64,000 nt of DNA. It comes from an uncultured delta proteobacterium (GTDB lineage: Bacteria; Desulfobacterota; Desulfomonilia; Desulfomonilales; Desulfomonilaceae). Shown in pieces: positions 30,402-40,427 of this stretch. The stretch spans positions 2,154 to 66,153 of the forward strand of contig CAVVZX010000054.1 of assembly GCA_963752855.1 (NCBI GenBank), written 5' to 3'. Made by a program: the position numbers and the translations under genes. Below the pieces are notes generated by a model, which was given only the letters and a program-made list of their open reading frames with translations, was not told the DNA's origin and made no database searches. Every line of letters starts with the position of its first letter. Positions within the stretch are counted from its first letter, which is position 1.

Positions 30402-31359
30402 ATGGGTCTACTTTGCGATCGGCGTCGCAGCGCTGGCGCTGTTTATTCTTGGCGGCTGCGGTCGTCAGGAATCTAATCGAGTGCAGGGCTACGTTGAAGG
30501 AGAGTTCGTTTATGTCGCCTCACCACTAGCCGGCATATTGGAAAAGCTTTACGTCCAGCGTGGAGACCAGGTAAGCGCCGGCGATCGTCTTTTCGACCTC
30601 GACAATACACCCGAAAAAGCCGCAAGAGATGAAGCTCAACGGCGGCTGGCCCAGGCTCAGGCAAACTTACAGGATGCGATAAAAGCCCGACGCCCGTCCG
30701 AAATAGAATCCATCGAAGCTCAACTTAAGCAAGCACGAGCGGCTCTGGAGTTTTCCGAGATAGAATTCGAAAGGCAAAAAAAGCTCCTTGAATCCGGCGC
30801 CGTATCCAATCAGGCGTACGATCGCGCGCGGTCGACCCGCGATCAGGATAAAGAAAGAGTCGCTCAACTGGAAGCCGATCTGGAAACTGCTAATCTCGGC
30901 TCCCGAACCGACCAGATCAAGGCGGCCGAGGAAAATGTGCGCGCCCAGGAAGCGACGCTGGCCAGGGCGGAGTGGGACCTGTCCCAAAAGCGGCAATCAG
31001 CGCCCCAAGCCGGGGTCATTTTTGATACCCTCTTCCGCGAGGGAGAATGGGTAGCGGCCGGCAGACCGGTGGTAGCTTTGTTACCCCCGGAGAATATCAA
31101 AGTTCGCGCGTTCGTGCCGGAGACCCAGATCGGGTCCATTCATTACGGAGAAACCGTGCGGGTAACTGTAGATGGCGTGAAAGAGCCATTCATCGGCAAA
31201 GTGACTTTCATTTCGCCTCGCGCGGAATTCACTCCACCAGTCATCTATAGCCGGGAAGCTCGGTCAAAGTTGGTTTTCATGATCGAGGCTCGGTTTGATC
31301 CGACGGTTTCTAAGAATCTGCATCCCGGACAGCCTGTGGATGTTCAATTTGGTCCTTAA
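30402..31359 (+). CDS. HlyD-family membrane-fusion (periplasmic adaptor) protein, probable 1-nt indel after the start
   Basis: Listed ORF is 30481..31359 (GTG start). Upstream in the same frame, WVYFAIGVAALALFILGGCG (anchor/lipobox-like) has no start codon after the tetR stop. ATG 30402 is one frame off. Coiled-coil core (RLAQAQANLQDA..., LARAEWDL). Confidence 0.75.
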
Positions 31360-31361
31360 AA

Positions 31362-32282
31362 ATGTCTGACGATTATGCCATTGACGTCAAAGGAATGACC
31401 AAGCGTTTCGGCGATCTCACCGCTGTGAATCATATTGATCTGCGGGTTAGCACAGGCGAGATCTGCGGTTTTCTTGGACCGAACGGCAGCGGCAAAACAA
31501 CTTTTATTCGGATGCTTTGCGGTTTGCTCCATGCGGATGAAGGCAGCGGGACTTGTCTCGGCTATGACGTAATTACGGAAAGCGAGACTATAAAGCGCCA
31601 TGTCGGGTACATGACACAGCGATTCAGTTTTTATGAAGATTTGAGTATCGCGGAAAATCTTGATTTTGTGGCGCGCATATATTCCGTGGAGAATCGCCGC
31701 GACACAGTGCAAGAAAGTATTGAGCGACTCGGGCTCACGCAACGGCAGAATCAGCTTGCGGGTGAGCTTTCCGGAGGCTGGAAACAACGACTGGCTTTGG
31801 CCGCGTGCATGATACACCGTCCAAAGCTGCTTTTGCTCGACGAACCCACAGCCGGTGTGGACCCGAAGGCGCGGCGGGAATTCTGGGAAGAAATTCACGA
31901 GCTTGCGGGCCAAGGTCTTACTTTCTTGATAGCAACACACTATATGGATGAAGCCGAACGCTGTCATCGCCTCGCCTTCATTCTGAATGGCAATCTACTA
32001 ACGCAGGGCACTGTGGATGAAGTTGTCGAGAAAGCAAATCTGACAACGTGGGCGGTCACCGGTCCGGATGTATTCAAACTCACAGAACGGCTCAGCGAGA
32101 ATCCGGCTGTTGAGCAGGCCGCTCCTTTCGGCAATGCGCTGCACGTGAGCGGGGACGATCCTGATGCCCTGGAAAAGGCTATTGCTCCATTTCGGTCGGA
32201 ACAATACAAGTGGCGCCAAGTCGAGTCGGGACTGGAGGATGTTTTCATTCACCTCATGGAAAAGGCAAAGCGTAAGTCATGA
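31362..32282 (+). CDS. ABC transporter ATP-binding protein (ABC-2/DrrA-type exporter)
   Basis: Walker A GPNGSGKTT, signature LSGGWKQRL, Walker B LLLLDEPTAGVD. 4-nt overlap with the permease gene. Confidence 0.88.
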   Translation: MSDDYAIDVKGMTKRFGDLTAVNHIDLRVSTGEICGFLGPNGSGKTTFIRMLCGLLHADEGSGTCLGYDVITESETIKRHVGYMTQRFSFYEDLSIAENLDFVARIYSVENRRDTVQESIERLGLTQRQNQLAGELSGGWKQRLALAACMIHRPKLLLLDEPTAGVDPKARREFWEEIHELAGQGLTFLIATHYMDEAERCHRLAFILNGNLLTQGTVDEVVEKANLTTWAVTGPDVFKLTERLSENPAVEQAAPFGNALHVSGDDPDALEKAIAPFRSEQYKWRQVESGLEDVFIHLMEKAKRKS

Positions 32283-33422
32283 CGATCCACGATAGGTTTT
32301 CGCTAGGGCGGTTTTGGGCCATGGTGGTGAAGGAATTCATCCAGATGCGCCGAGACCGAGTGACCTTCGGGATGATGGTCGGCATTCCGCTTATGCAGCT
32401 CATTCTTTTTGGCTATGCGATCAACGCGGACCCGAGACACTTGCCCACAGCAGTGGTGCTGGCGGATAACGGGCCGCAAGGCCGCACTCTGCTGTATGCA
32501 ATTCAAAACAGCACTTATTTTGATCTCGTACGCCGAATAAAAACCGAAAAGGAAGCTCGTGAGGCTCTGGCTCGCAATGAAGTACAGTTTGTGGTCAATA
32601 TCCCGGAGAATTTCAGCCGAGATCTGCTGCGAGGCGATAATCCGGCGATTCTCGTTGAGGCGGACGCGACCGATCCCGGCACTACCGGAATAGCTTTGGG
32701 TTCGTTAACGACGCTTCTGAACACTGCGTTGCAGAATGATTTTAAGGGTCCGCTGGCCTTCCTTTCCGCCACCAGTGTTCCCATCGACCTACGGGTCCAT
32801 GCGCTTTACAATCCCGAAGCAATCACGCAATACAACATCGTGCCCGGTCTCCTCGGGGTTGTCCTGACCATGACCATGGTTATGATTACTGCCCTGGCCA
32901 TCACGCGTGAACGTGAGAGCGGAACTATGGAGAATCTGCTCTCGATGCCCACACATCCGGTTGAAGTATTGGTTGGGAAAATTATTCCATATATATTGGT
33001 TGGTTATATCCAGGTGACTCTCATCTTGGTAGCAGCTCATTTTTTGTTTGAGGTGCCTGTCCTCGGAAGCCTGGTCCTTCTGTATGGAGCCGCGCTGTTC
33101 TTTATCGCCGCAAATCTGGCGATTGGCGTAACGCTTTCCGCCATAGCGGAAAATCAGCGACAAGCGATACAGATGGGCTTTTTCTTCTTTCTTACCGAAT
33201 ATATTGCTGTCCGGGTTTGCATTTCCGTTCCGGGGGATGCCGGTGTGGGCGCAATGGATTGGGGAAATTTTGCCGCTTACCCATTTTCTACGAATCGTCC
33301 GAGGCATCCTGTTGAAGGGGAATGGTCTGAGCGATATTGTATTTGAGATTTGGCCGATTGCGCTTTTTACCCTGGTCGCTCTGATGATTGGTGTGAAAAG
33401 ATACCGGCAAACACTGGATTAG
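32279..33422 (+). CDS. ABC-2 type exporter permease (YhhJ/YbhR-like), frameshift near 33200
   Basis: Pieces 32279..33346 and 33204..33422. One N-terminal TM, a large periplasmic loop, then 5 TM. The tail MLSGFAFPFRGMPVWAQWIGEILPLTHFLRIVRGILLKG is the typical ABC-2 C-terminus. Confidence 0.8.
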
Positions 33423-33438
33423 ACGCCACCCGGTGTCG

Positions 33439-34245
33439 TCAGTTGGTGACCGGCAGCTTAAAGGAAGTAATACCTTTTGCTTTGAGGTCCTTCACCAGAT
33501 CGTCAGCTTCTTTCTCCGTTTGAAAATTGCCCAAAGAAAGGCGGTAGATTACACCCGATTTCGGCATCGCTGCCGGCCGGAGGACCGCTTCATAGCCCCT
33601 GGATTTCCAACTACGCTCCTGCTGTTGAGCAATTTGCGGATTAGTGAAAGCGCCTACCTGGACCGTATACCTCTTTGAGCCCGCATCGGGTTTTTCTGAA
33701 CCGCTCTTTGCATGAATTTGCGTGGTTTTCCTGTGGCGAGCCTTCTCTGGCTCTGTGCTCGTTTCCTTTTTCACGACCGATTTCGAGCTTTGCGTACCCG
33801 TATCTTTCTTTGGAGACGCGATTTCCGCCTTCGAAGGAGCATTTTCAGTGTCCTTTTTTTTCACCGGATGGGTAAATTGGTCGTCACGTCCGGACTCCTG
33901 TTCGTCCGGAGCGCTCATTTCGTCATCAACTGCGATCGCAGAGGAGGGAGCGCAAATTTTGTCCGGAAGAGTGGGCGCGGCGTTGGCGCCGGCCGGGTAG
34001 CCAAATTCGGACTCGGGATGGTCCGAGGGAACAGATTTCTTGCCGACGGCAGCGGGGGAAAATAACAGCTTCACGTTTGCCGCCACAAGAAAAAGCATTA
34101 AGACAAATACGCCAGCGACGGCAAGAGCGAGCCATCTGTTCTCAGGGGAACCTTTTTCCCCGTCATTGCGTTTGGCCGGAGCGTTTCTCCTTGAAAGGGA
34201 GCGTCTTCTCCGGAAGAGATTCGGAATCTTCACGAGCGCTCTCAC
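33439..34245 (-). CDS. SPOR domain-containing membrane protein
   Basis: GTG start overlapping the argS stop. One TM (WLALAVAGVFVLMLFLVAA), a low-complexity linker, and a C-terminal SPOR-like YTVQVGAFTNPQIAQQQ...YRLSLGNFQTEKEADDLVKDLKAKG. Confidence 0.75.
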   Translation of the reverse strand: MRALVKIPNLFRRRRSLSRRNAPAKRNDGEKGSPENRWLALAVAGVFVLMLFLVAANVKLLFSPAAVGKKSVPSDHPESEFGYPAGANAAPTLPDKICAPSSAIAVDDEMSAPDEQESGRDDQFTHPVKKKDTENAPSKAEIASPKKDTGTQSSKSVVKKETSTEPEKARHRKTTQIHAKSGSEKPDAGSKRYTVQVGAFTNPQIAQQQERSWKSRGYEAVLRPAAMPKSGVIYRLSLGNFQTEKEADDLVKDLKAKGITSFKLPVTN

Positions 34246-35912
34246 ATTCTTTCGGGAGCGGTTACACCTAAGATTTTGAGACCGTTCGCCGTCACCTGGC
34301 GAACCGCCTCGACAAGGTACAGCCGGGCCTTCTTGACTCTCGAATCCTCGGTAAGCACCTTGTTGTCGTGATAATACGCGTGGAATAGTTCAGCCAAATC
34401 CATCAGGTAAAAGGTTATCCTGTGCGGTTCGAGCGTTTCCGCAGCTTCCGCCAGCATGTCAGGGAAATCACCAAGATGCTTCATTATCCGGAGTTCTTCC
34501 GGTAATGTCAGGGCCGATAGGTCCGGATCGCTCATATCCGCGTCTATTCCTCTTTCCGCCGCGATGCGAAATATGCTTGCCACCCGCGCGTGGCAATATT
34601 GCACGTAATAAACAGGATTATCTCTGGACTGCTTTTTTGCGAGGTCCAAATCGAAGTCCAAATGGCTGTCACAGCGTTTGGTAAGAAAGAAGAAACGCGC
34701 GGCGTCAGCGCCCACCTCGTCGAGCACCTCCCGGAGCGTCACGAATTCACCCGCCCGGGTTGACATGGAAATCTTTTGTCCTTCCCTGACGAGCGTTACA
34801 AACTGGACCAGCAGCACACGCAACACATCAGGCGAATGGCCGAAAGCCTCCATCCCGGCCTTTACTCGAGGCACATATCCGTGGTGGTCTGAGCCCCAAA
34901 TGTCAATCAGCATTCCGTACCCGCGACGCAACTTGTCTTCGTGGTAGGCCACGTCCGCGGCAAAGTACGTAGGCTCTCCCGTAGCCCGGACCAGCACCCG
35001 GTCTTTCTCATCAGCGTGGTCTTCCATAACGAACCACAGAGCGCCCTCTTTCATCTCGGCCTTTCCGCGGCGCCTGAGTTCGTCCAGCGCATTTGAAACG
35101 GCATTGCTTTCGTGCAATGTCTTTTCCTTGAAATAATTGTCATATTTCACGCCGAATCGAGCCAGGTCATCCTGGATGTCGGCCAATATCCGGTCGGACG
35201 CATATTGCGCGACCAGGGGAATCGCCTCGTTTTCCGGCAGACTTGAAAGTTGGTTTCCAAGCGGGGTTCCTTTCAGCTCGGCCGCCAGATCACGTATATA
35301 GTCCCCGCGATAATGATTTTCAGGGAATTCAATATCCTCGCCCAACAACTGTCTATACCTTACAAGGACCGAACGACCGAGTATGTTCATCTGATTGCCG
35401 GAATCATTGACATAGTATTCCGTGTCAACTGCGTAACCGCAGGTTTTCAGCAATCGGGCCAGAGTATCGCCTACAGCCGCGCCTCTCCCGTGTCCGACAT
35501 GCAAAGGCCCGGTCGGATTGGCGCTTACGAATTCCAGAAGAATTCTCGGACTTCCCGCTTGAACGGAGCTTCCGTAATCATCCTTCACTTTGTGGATGGT
35601 GTGCAGCACATTTTGCCAGACATCAGGAGCGAGGAAGAAATTTATGAATCCCGGACCCGCGATCTCGGTTTTCAGGAGAAAACCCGAGCCCACCTCAAGG
35701 TGGTCGCTAATGACGGCGGCCAGGTCTCTGGGTTTCATTCCGGCGTTTCCGGCCAAAACCATCGCCGCATTTGTCGAATAATCACCGAATCGTGCGTCTT
35801 TGGTCCGTGAGACTTCTATTGTGAGGGATTCGGGTTCATGCAGGTTTTGCAGCGGACCTTTCGCGGCGCGTCCCACGGCGTCGCGAACTAGCGTCCTAAT
35901 CAATTCTTTCAT
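34242..35912 (-). CDS. argS: arginine--tRNA ligase
   Basis: 556 aa, intact. HIGH region SANPTGPLHVGHGR, the ISMSTR motif, and a DALR anticodon-binding C-terminus ending ..APERM. Confidence 0.95.
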   Translation of the reverse strand: MKELIRTLVRDAVGRAAKGPLQNLHEPESLTIEVSRTKDARFGDYSTNAAMVLAGNAGMKPRDLAAVISDHLEVGSGFLLKTEIAGPGFINFFLAPDVWQNVLHTIHKVKDDYGSSVQAGSPRILLEFVSANPTGPLHVGHGRGAAVGDTLARLLKTCGYAVDTEYYVNDSGNQMNILGRSVLVRYRQLLGEDIEFPENHYRGDYIRDLAAELKGTPLGNQLSSLPENEAIPLVAQYASDRILADIQDDLARFGVKYDNYFKEKTLHESNAVSNALDELRRRGKAEMKEGALWFVMEDHADEKDRVLVRATGEPTYFAADVAYHEDKLRRGYGMLIDIWGSDHHGYVPRVKAGMEAFGHSPDVLRVLLVQFVTLVREGQKISMSTRAGEFVTLREVLDEVGADAARFFFLTKRCDSHLDFDLDLAKKQSRDNPVYYVQYCHARVASIFRIAAERGIDADMSDPDLSALTLPEELRIMKHLGDFPDMLAEAAETLEPHRITFYLMDLAELFHAYYHDNKVLTEDSRVKKARLYLVEAVRQVTANGLKILGVTAPERM

Positions 35913-35934
35913 TGAATGTTGTCCTCAAGCGTTT

Positions 35935-36096
35935 TCATTTCTGTTTTTCAGCCTCCTTTTCTTCGTCCGGCCTTTTCAAAGTGACATCCCTGGTATATTC
36001 CGGGCATCGCGTCGTAGTGGCGCCGTCCATAGAAAATTTCTTGTTACAAGTTTGCCTCCAGGCGCACATGACGCATATGGTTCGGTCATTTTCCAT
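35935..36096 (-). CDS. small Cys-rich protein (53 aa) upstream of argS
   Basis: MENDRTICVMCAWRQTCNKKFSMDGATTTRCPEYTRDVTLKRPDEEKEAEKQK. AAGGAG lies 5 nt upstream of the ATG. The stop is 22 nt before the argS start. Below the ORF-track length cutoff. Confidence 0.5.
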   Translation of the reverse strand: MENDRTICVMCAWRQTCNKKFSMDGATTTRCPEYTRDVTLKRPDEEKEAEKQK

Positions 36097-36621
36097 TTTT
36101 GCTCCTTACGAAAAAATTATGTAGCAAATCTATGCCTTATAATCAAGGTATTATAGTGTGCTTTATGCATTGTTTCTTGCTAACAAGCGCCGGCATGTCA
36201 TTGCGAGGAGTGAAATCCCGCGTCCCGCGGGAAAGCAATCTCCATCGTCGAAAAGTATATCATGCCATTTGTGAAATATATTTATGAAGCGCCAACTGAT
36301 CAGACAGCCGACTACCCCTCAGGTTGCTCTCCGGACAGCGACGAAGTCAATAAGCCGGAAATATCATGAACCAAATATCCGCCAGAGGGTCTTATTCATC
36401 GAAGACAATAATAACTTAATTTCAATCGGTTGATGTCAACCGGTTTCGGCTTAATTGACAAAGGATTGATACATGAGATTCCCGGACCTCCCGCAGGAAT
36501 CTCATGTTTCGTTTTTGAAAATTGGAGTGACAACGATCCCCAGCGGCGCCTATTTTTATTTTGATCGGAACCCCTGGACCGCGGCGCTGGTTTTTGATAA
36601 AAATGAGGCAAGGAGTGTACT

Positions 36622-37419
36622 ATGGAGTTAATTAATCCCGAACTTCTTCGACTGGTTCCGGGAGAAAGCATTCAAGCGATGTTTTCCAAGAATCCCGACG
36701 ACCAGGGAGAGATCGGGTTTTTCGTGCGCTCGGTCTCCGGCATAAACGGCCACAACCGCGATCCGATCGTACGACAGCGCGGCGGACTTATCAAATATGA
36801 GGACGTATTTCTGGTTCTGACCATGATCGAGGTTGAAGGAGAGAGCACCGAGTTCTTCGATATATGGTGGAATTATCACGCGGCCGGCGCGGAAGAGCAT
36901 TTTCGGAAAATGGCTCAGCAGAAGAGCCTGACCGTCTATTTTTACACCGAGGCCGGGAAACAGTTCTCGATTGAAACCAGCAATGAATTCCGGAAGTTTT
37001 TTTCCTATTTACCCGGAGTAATTGATCAATCCGAGCCTTGGACGGAAGTCGAATTCGATAGGGCCCTACGAGGATTTTGCGCACAGTCTTACCCGAAGGA
37101 AAATCTCTGGGAAATGATTGTGCACAGGTCCGAGATGGTCCAAGTGGAGGAGGCCCCGGCAGAAGGCCTGGACAGCTACCCGGGCGTTATTCCTGAAGAA
37201 TTGAAGCCTTTTTACGATTATCTTCCCACCCAGGGACACTCAATCAAAATAATTCCCTCCACGTTTGAAGAAAAAGCTATGGACGGTGACCCGGAAGAGT
37301 TCCTCTTCCCTGCGCCGGTAAAAACCGTGCTCCGCTGCGGAATCCGATGGGCAAAGGGTTATCCCGTAGCCCCCATACCTTTTATTCCCGGGTCACGGCC
37401 TGGCCGTTCCGCCGGATGA
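36622..37419 (+). CDS. hypothetical protein (no recognised family)
   Basis: 265-aa ORF with AAGGAG upstream. Soluble and acidic. No motifs I can place. Confidence 0.55.
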   Translation: MELINPELLRLVPGESIQAMFSKNPDDQGEIGFFVRSVSGINGHNRDPIVRQRGGLIKYEDVFLVLTMIEVEGESTEFFDIWWNYHAAGAEEHFRKMAQQKSLTVYFYTEAGKQFSIETSNEFRKFFSYLPGVIDQSEPWTEVEFDRALRGFCAQSYPKENLWEMIVHRSEMVQVEEAPAEGLDSYPGVIPEELKPFYDYLPTQGHSIKIIPSTFEEKAMDGDPEEFLFPAPVKTVLRCGIRWAKGYPVAPIPFIPGSRPGRSAG

Positions 37420-37645
37420 CACCGAATACTGATAATTACTGCAGAAGCTTTCAAACCGGCCGTAATTGACTTCAAATAGTCTGTTTCACCGGATGACGGC
37501 AATCAATAGGACTTGCCTCTTGTGGGCTCTATGGGCGTCGTGCCGGGTTCGGAGAAAAGATTGCTTTACGGAGCGATCGCGTAAGATGAGTATGGCGTCC
37601 CCCCATTGTATGATAGGATAGTAATGAAGACTCAAGGATGCGAGG

Positions 37646-38020
37646 ATGCCGCCAGTAGAAGTCATACTGTACAAAGAGGACGATGGAAGTGTCCCACTGA
37701 TCGAGTGGTTTGGCGCCCTGACCCAAAAGGCCAGAGTAAAGTGCATGACTTGGCTCAGGAGGTTGGAGACTTTCGGTTATGAGCTTCAAAGGCCTGATGC
37801 CGATTATCTCACGGACGGAATTTACGAACTTCGAATCGGCCTTCAAGGCGTGAATTACCGAATGCTCTATTTCTTTCACGGGACCGCTGCGGTTGTGGTT
37901 TCGCACGGATTGGTGAAAAAACGTAAGGTTCCTCATCTTGAGATCGAGAAAGCCGTGGAGAGAAAAAGAAAATTCGAGCAAGATCCCATATCTCATGCTT
38001 TTGTAATGGAGAATGCATGA
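37646..38020 (+). CDS. type II toxin, Gp49/HigB-like (RelE/ParE superfamily)
   Basis: 124 aa. ..DGIYELRIGLQGVNYRMLYFFHGTAAVVVSHGLVKKRKVP.. matches the phage Gp49-like toxin pattern. 4-nt overlap with the downstream HTH gene. Confidence 0.75.
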   Translation: MPPVEVILYKEDDGSVPLIEWFGALTQKARVKCMTWLRRLETFGYELQRPDADYLTDGIYELRIGLQGVNYRMLYFFHGTAAVVVSHGLVKKRKVPHLEIEKAVERKRKFEQDPISHAFVMENA

Positions 38021-38355
38021 TGGATGAGCCCAAATTTGCTTCGGATGGCCTCAAATGGCTGTATGATAAATACATCAAGAAAGACCCCGAATCGGTCGAG
38101 TTGTTCAAAGAATATGAAGTGAGGGCCGAAATCGCCAAGCAGGTCTACGACCTTCGCAATCAGGCGGGCCTTACGTCAGCGGAGCTGGCTGATCTCGTGG
38201 AGGTTGGCGAGTCCGTGATAGAGGCCCTCGAACAGGCAGATTATGCCGGAGACGCCTTGGCGATGTTGGTGAAAATAGCATCAGCTCTCAACAAGAAATT
38301 GGAGGTTCGCTTCGTTCCCTCACTTTCTGCCGAGCCCGCTGAGCTGATTTCATGA
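38017..38355 (+). CDS. XRE-family HTH antitoxin (HigA-like)
   Basis: 112 aa. HTH LRNQAGLTSAELADLVEVGESVIEALE. Position and overlap are typical of a toxin-first HigBA module. Confidence 0.7.
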   Translation: MMDEPKFASDGLKWLYDKYIKKDPESVELFKEYEVRAEIAKQVYDLRNQAGLTSAELADLVEVGESVIEALEQADYAGDALAMLVKIASALNKKLEVRFVPSLSAEPAELIS

Positions 38356-38377
38356 TACCGAGCGACTGCGGCGGGAT

Positions 38378-38941
38378 TCACTTTTCAGTTTTCTTCAGTT
38401 GTCTTAGCTCTTTGTTGCAGCGCTGGAGGTCGCGATAAAGCCCATCAATCTTTGCGATCTCAGCCTCGGATTTTTGCTCCTGCTTCTCCTGGGGTTTTGT
38501 TTCGGGCTTTTCCTCGGATTTTGCTTCAGGCTTGTCTTCGGATTTTTCTTTCGGCTTTTCCTCAGATTCCGATGGATTTTCGAGTTTGATTATTTCTTCC
38601 CTGATCTTGGAGCATTCGGCGGCTTTGACCACGTCCGGTCGGCAGGCGTCTCTGCATTCCTCATCTTTGGATCTCAATTCAATTATTTTTTTTCGTAATT
38701 CAGTGATGCTGAGTCTTATTTCCCGAACTTTCTTGAATTCCTTTTTCTCGAAAGCGGTATTCAGATCTTTTTCTTTTGAATTGACATCTTCTTGAATGTG
38801 CTGTCTGTTTTTCTCAATCTCCCGGCATTCTTCGCATGTCACTGCGCGGACCTGGCCGACAGTGAAGATCATCAGCGCTCCAACAATAATTAATATTGTG
38901 TTGATGCGTACCAATTCGCGTACTCCTGTGTTTACGATCAT
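38378..38941 (-). CDS. membrane-anchored coiled-coil protein with EKPE/KSE repeats
   Basis: 187 aa. N-terminal TM (INTILIIVGALMIFTVG), Cys pairs (CEECRE, ECRDACRPD), and an acidic/lysine repeat tract EKPKEKSEDKPEAKSEEKPETKPQEKQEQK. Confidence 0.55.
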   Translation of the reverse strand: MIVNTGVRELVRINTILIIVGALMIFTVGQVRAVTCEECREIEKNRQHIQEDVNSKEKDLNTAFEKKEFKKVREIRLSITELRKKIIELRSKDEECRDACRPDVVKAAECSKIREEIIKLENPSESEEKPKEKSEDKPEAKSEEKPETKPQEKQEQKSEAEIAKIDGLYRDLQRCNKELRQLKKTEK

Positions 38942-39016
38942 TACATAAGGTCACACGCGTTTTCAATTTATTTCGGAGCGGCATGGCAACTCTTCAGTAA
39001 CGCGGGGGGCTGGGTT

Positions 39017-39142
39017 TGTCTTTACGAGGAGAGAATGGTAGGACAGGCTTCCAGCCTGTCTATTGGGAAATGACGGGCAAGATGCCCGTCTCACCGTCAA
39101 TCCCCCAAGGCGGGAGATTGCTTCGCTACGCTCGCAATGACA
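39017..39142. mobile_element. MITE-like element, family 1 (TGTCATTGCGA termini, internal double hairpin), inverted relative to 49350..49482
   Basis: Right terminus tcgcaatgaca (39132-39142). Degenerate left terminus tgtctttacga (9/11 match). Internal hairpins gacaggc-ttcca-gcctgtc (39042-39060) and gacgggc-aagat-gcccgtc (39072-39090). Confidence 0.7.
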
Positions 39143-39183
39143 GTCTTTGACTGCCTGCAACTGACGGGTGGCGCGGCGTTTGC

Positions 39184-39928
39184 TCAGAAACGGCGCAGAA
39201 ACGTGGCCAGCCCCTGGACCATGTCGGTCCCGGAATTGGAATTATGAAGCTCGTCCCCCTTTCCCCACATGTTACCATTGGAAAGATGTCTCCATTGTAC
39301 ACCCAACGAAAAGCTTCCGCCGTACGGCATACATTTTTCAAAGCCAAAACCGCCCAGGAGAGACCAGTTCCATCTGGAACCTGAGTTTCGGTAGGTTTCA
39401 GACACATAACCTATGCCTGCTCCGCTTTCCAGATACGTGTCCCATCCCCTGGCGCCGCCGGGAAATGTGAATCGTCCCTTCGGGATCCAGCCCAATTCGT
39501 ACCCGTCGTGAAAATTGAGTTTCTTCAGGCGCTCGATGTTCCCTTCATAATAGAAAACATATGAACCGAGCATGGCAACCTGGACCTCGCCCAAGGCCGG
39601 CCCGCAAACCGTCATAGTGGGATATCTTTTTCACACGTTTACTGATCTCCAGGGTAGCATAATCAAGTTCGGTCGAAGTTCCAAAAGTCCTGCCATAGGC
39701 GAGCTTGACCAGATAATCCGGCTTGGGAGGGGCGAAACATTGGCCGAGCGTCATGTCGGGCATAGGCGCTAGCGGGAGCTGCTGAAATTGGCCGGGGTTT
39801 CCGAAGGGGCCGCAATCATAAGGGGGGCCGGACAGGCCGTCCCAGCCGAATCCGGGAGACCAATTTAGGAAAACGAACAAACTTAGTGACAAGCCGACAC
39901 ACCTGCAAAGTCGACAAACCAACCTCAC
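39184..39928 (-). CDS. acyloxyacyl hydrolase / lipid A deacylase (PagL-like) outer-membrane protein, one frameshift
   Basis: Pieces 39545..39928 and 39184..39615. The HLSNGN motif and a C-terminal ...GLATFLRRF ending in Phe fit PagL-like 8-strand barrels. Confidence 0.55.
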
Positions 39929-40427
39929 ACGGGTCCTCCATACATTAAATTGAACTCAACACATCAGACGATGGCGGGCTCGCTAACACGGACCGCGCGG
40001 CGTGTCAAGAAAAGAAAGCTGAGAAACCGTTAAAGGCAGCCATCAAAAACGTGTTACTTAAACCATAACATTCAGTTACGTGTGAAAGTGTGGTGGCTCC
40101 CACCTGCCATTGTCGCAGTCATTGGCGCTCTCCCCATCCCCCGGCTCCTTCCCGAGTATGGGAAAGGGGGGCAAGGGATTCGTCTCGATCCTTGGAGCGG
40201 TGGGTGCGGAGCGTTGCGCCTCCGCGTGAGCGGGATCCTCACCAGCAATCCCTCGCGAACTGTGATTGCTTCGCTCGCAATGACACGATCAGAGATCTTG
40301 ACAGCTTAGCTTCTCGTTGCTATTTCAGGTGTGAGAACTACCCCTTTGCCACCTCAATCGTCATTTTCACCACATCAAGCAAAGCAAGGCATTCGAGGTG
40401 GCAACAAAGCAAGGAGCGTAAGCTTTT

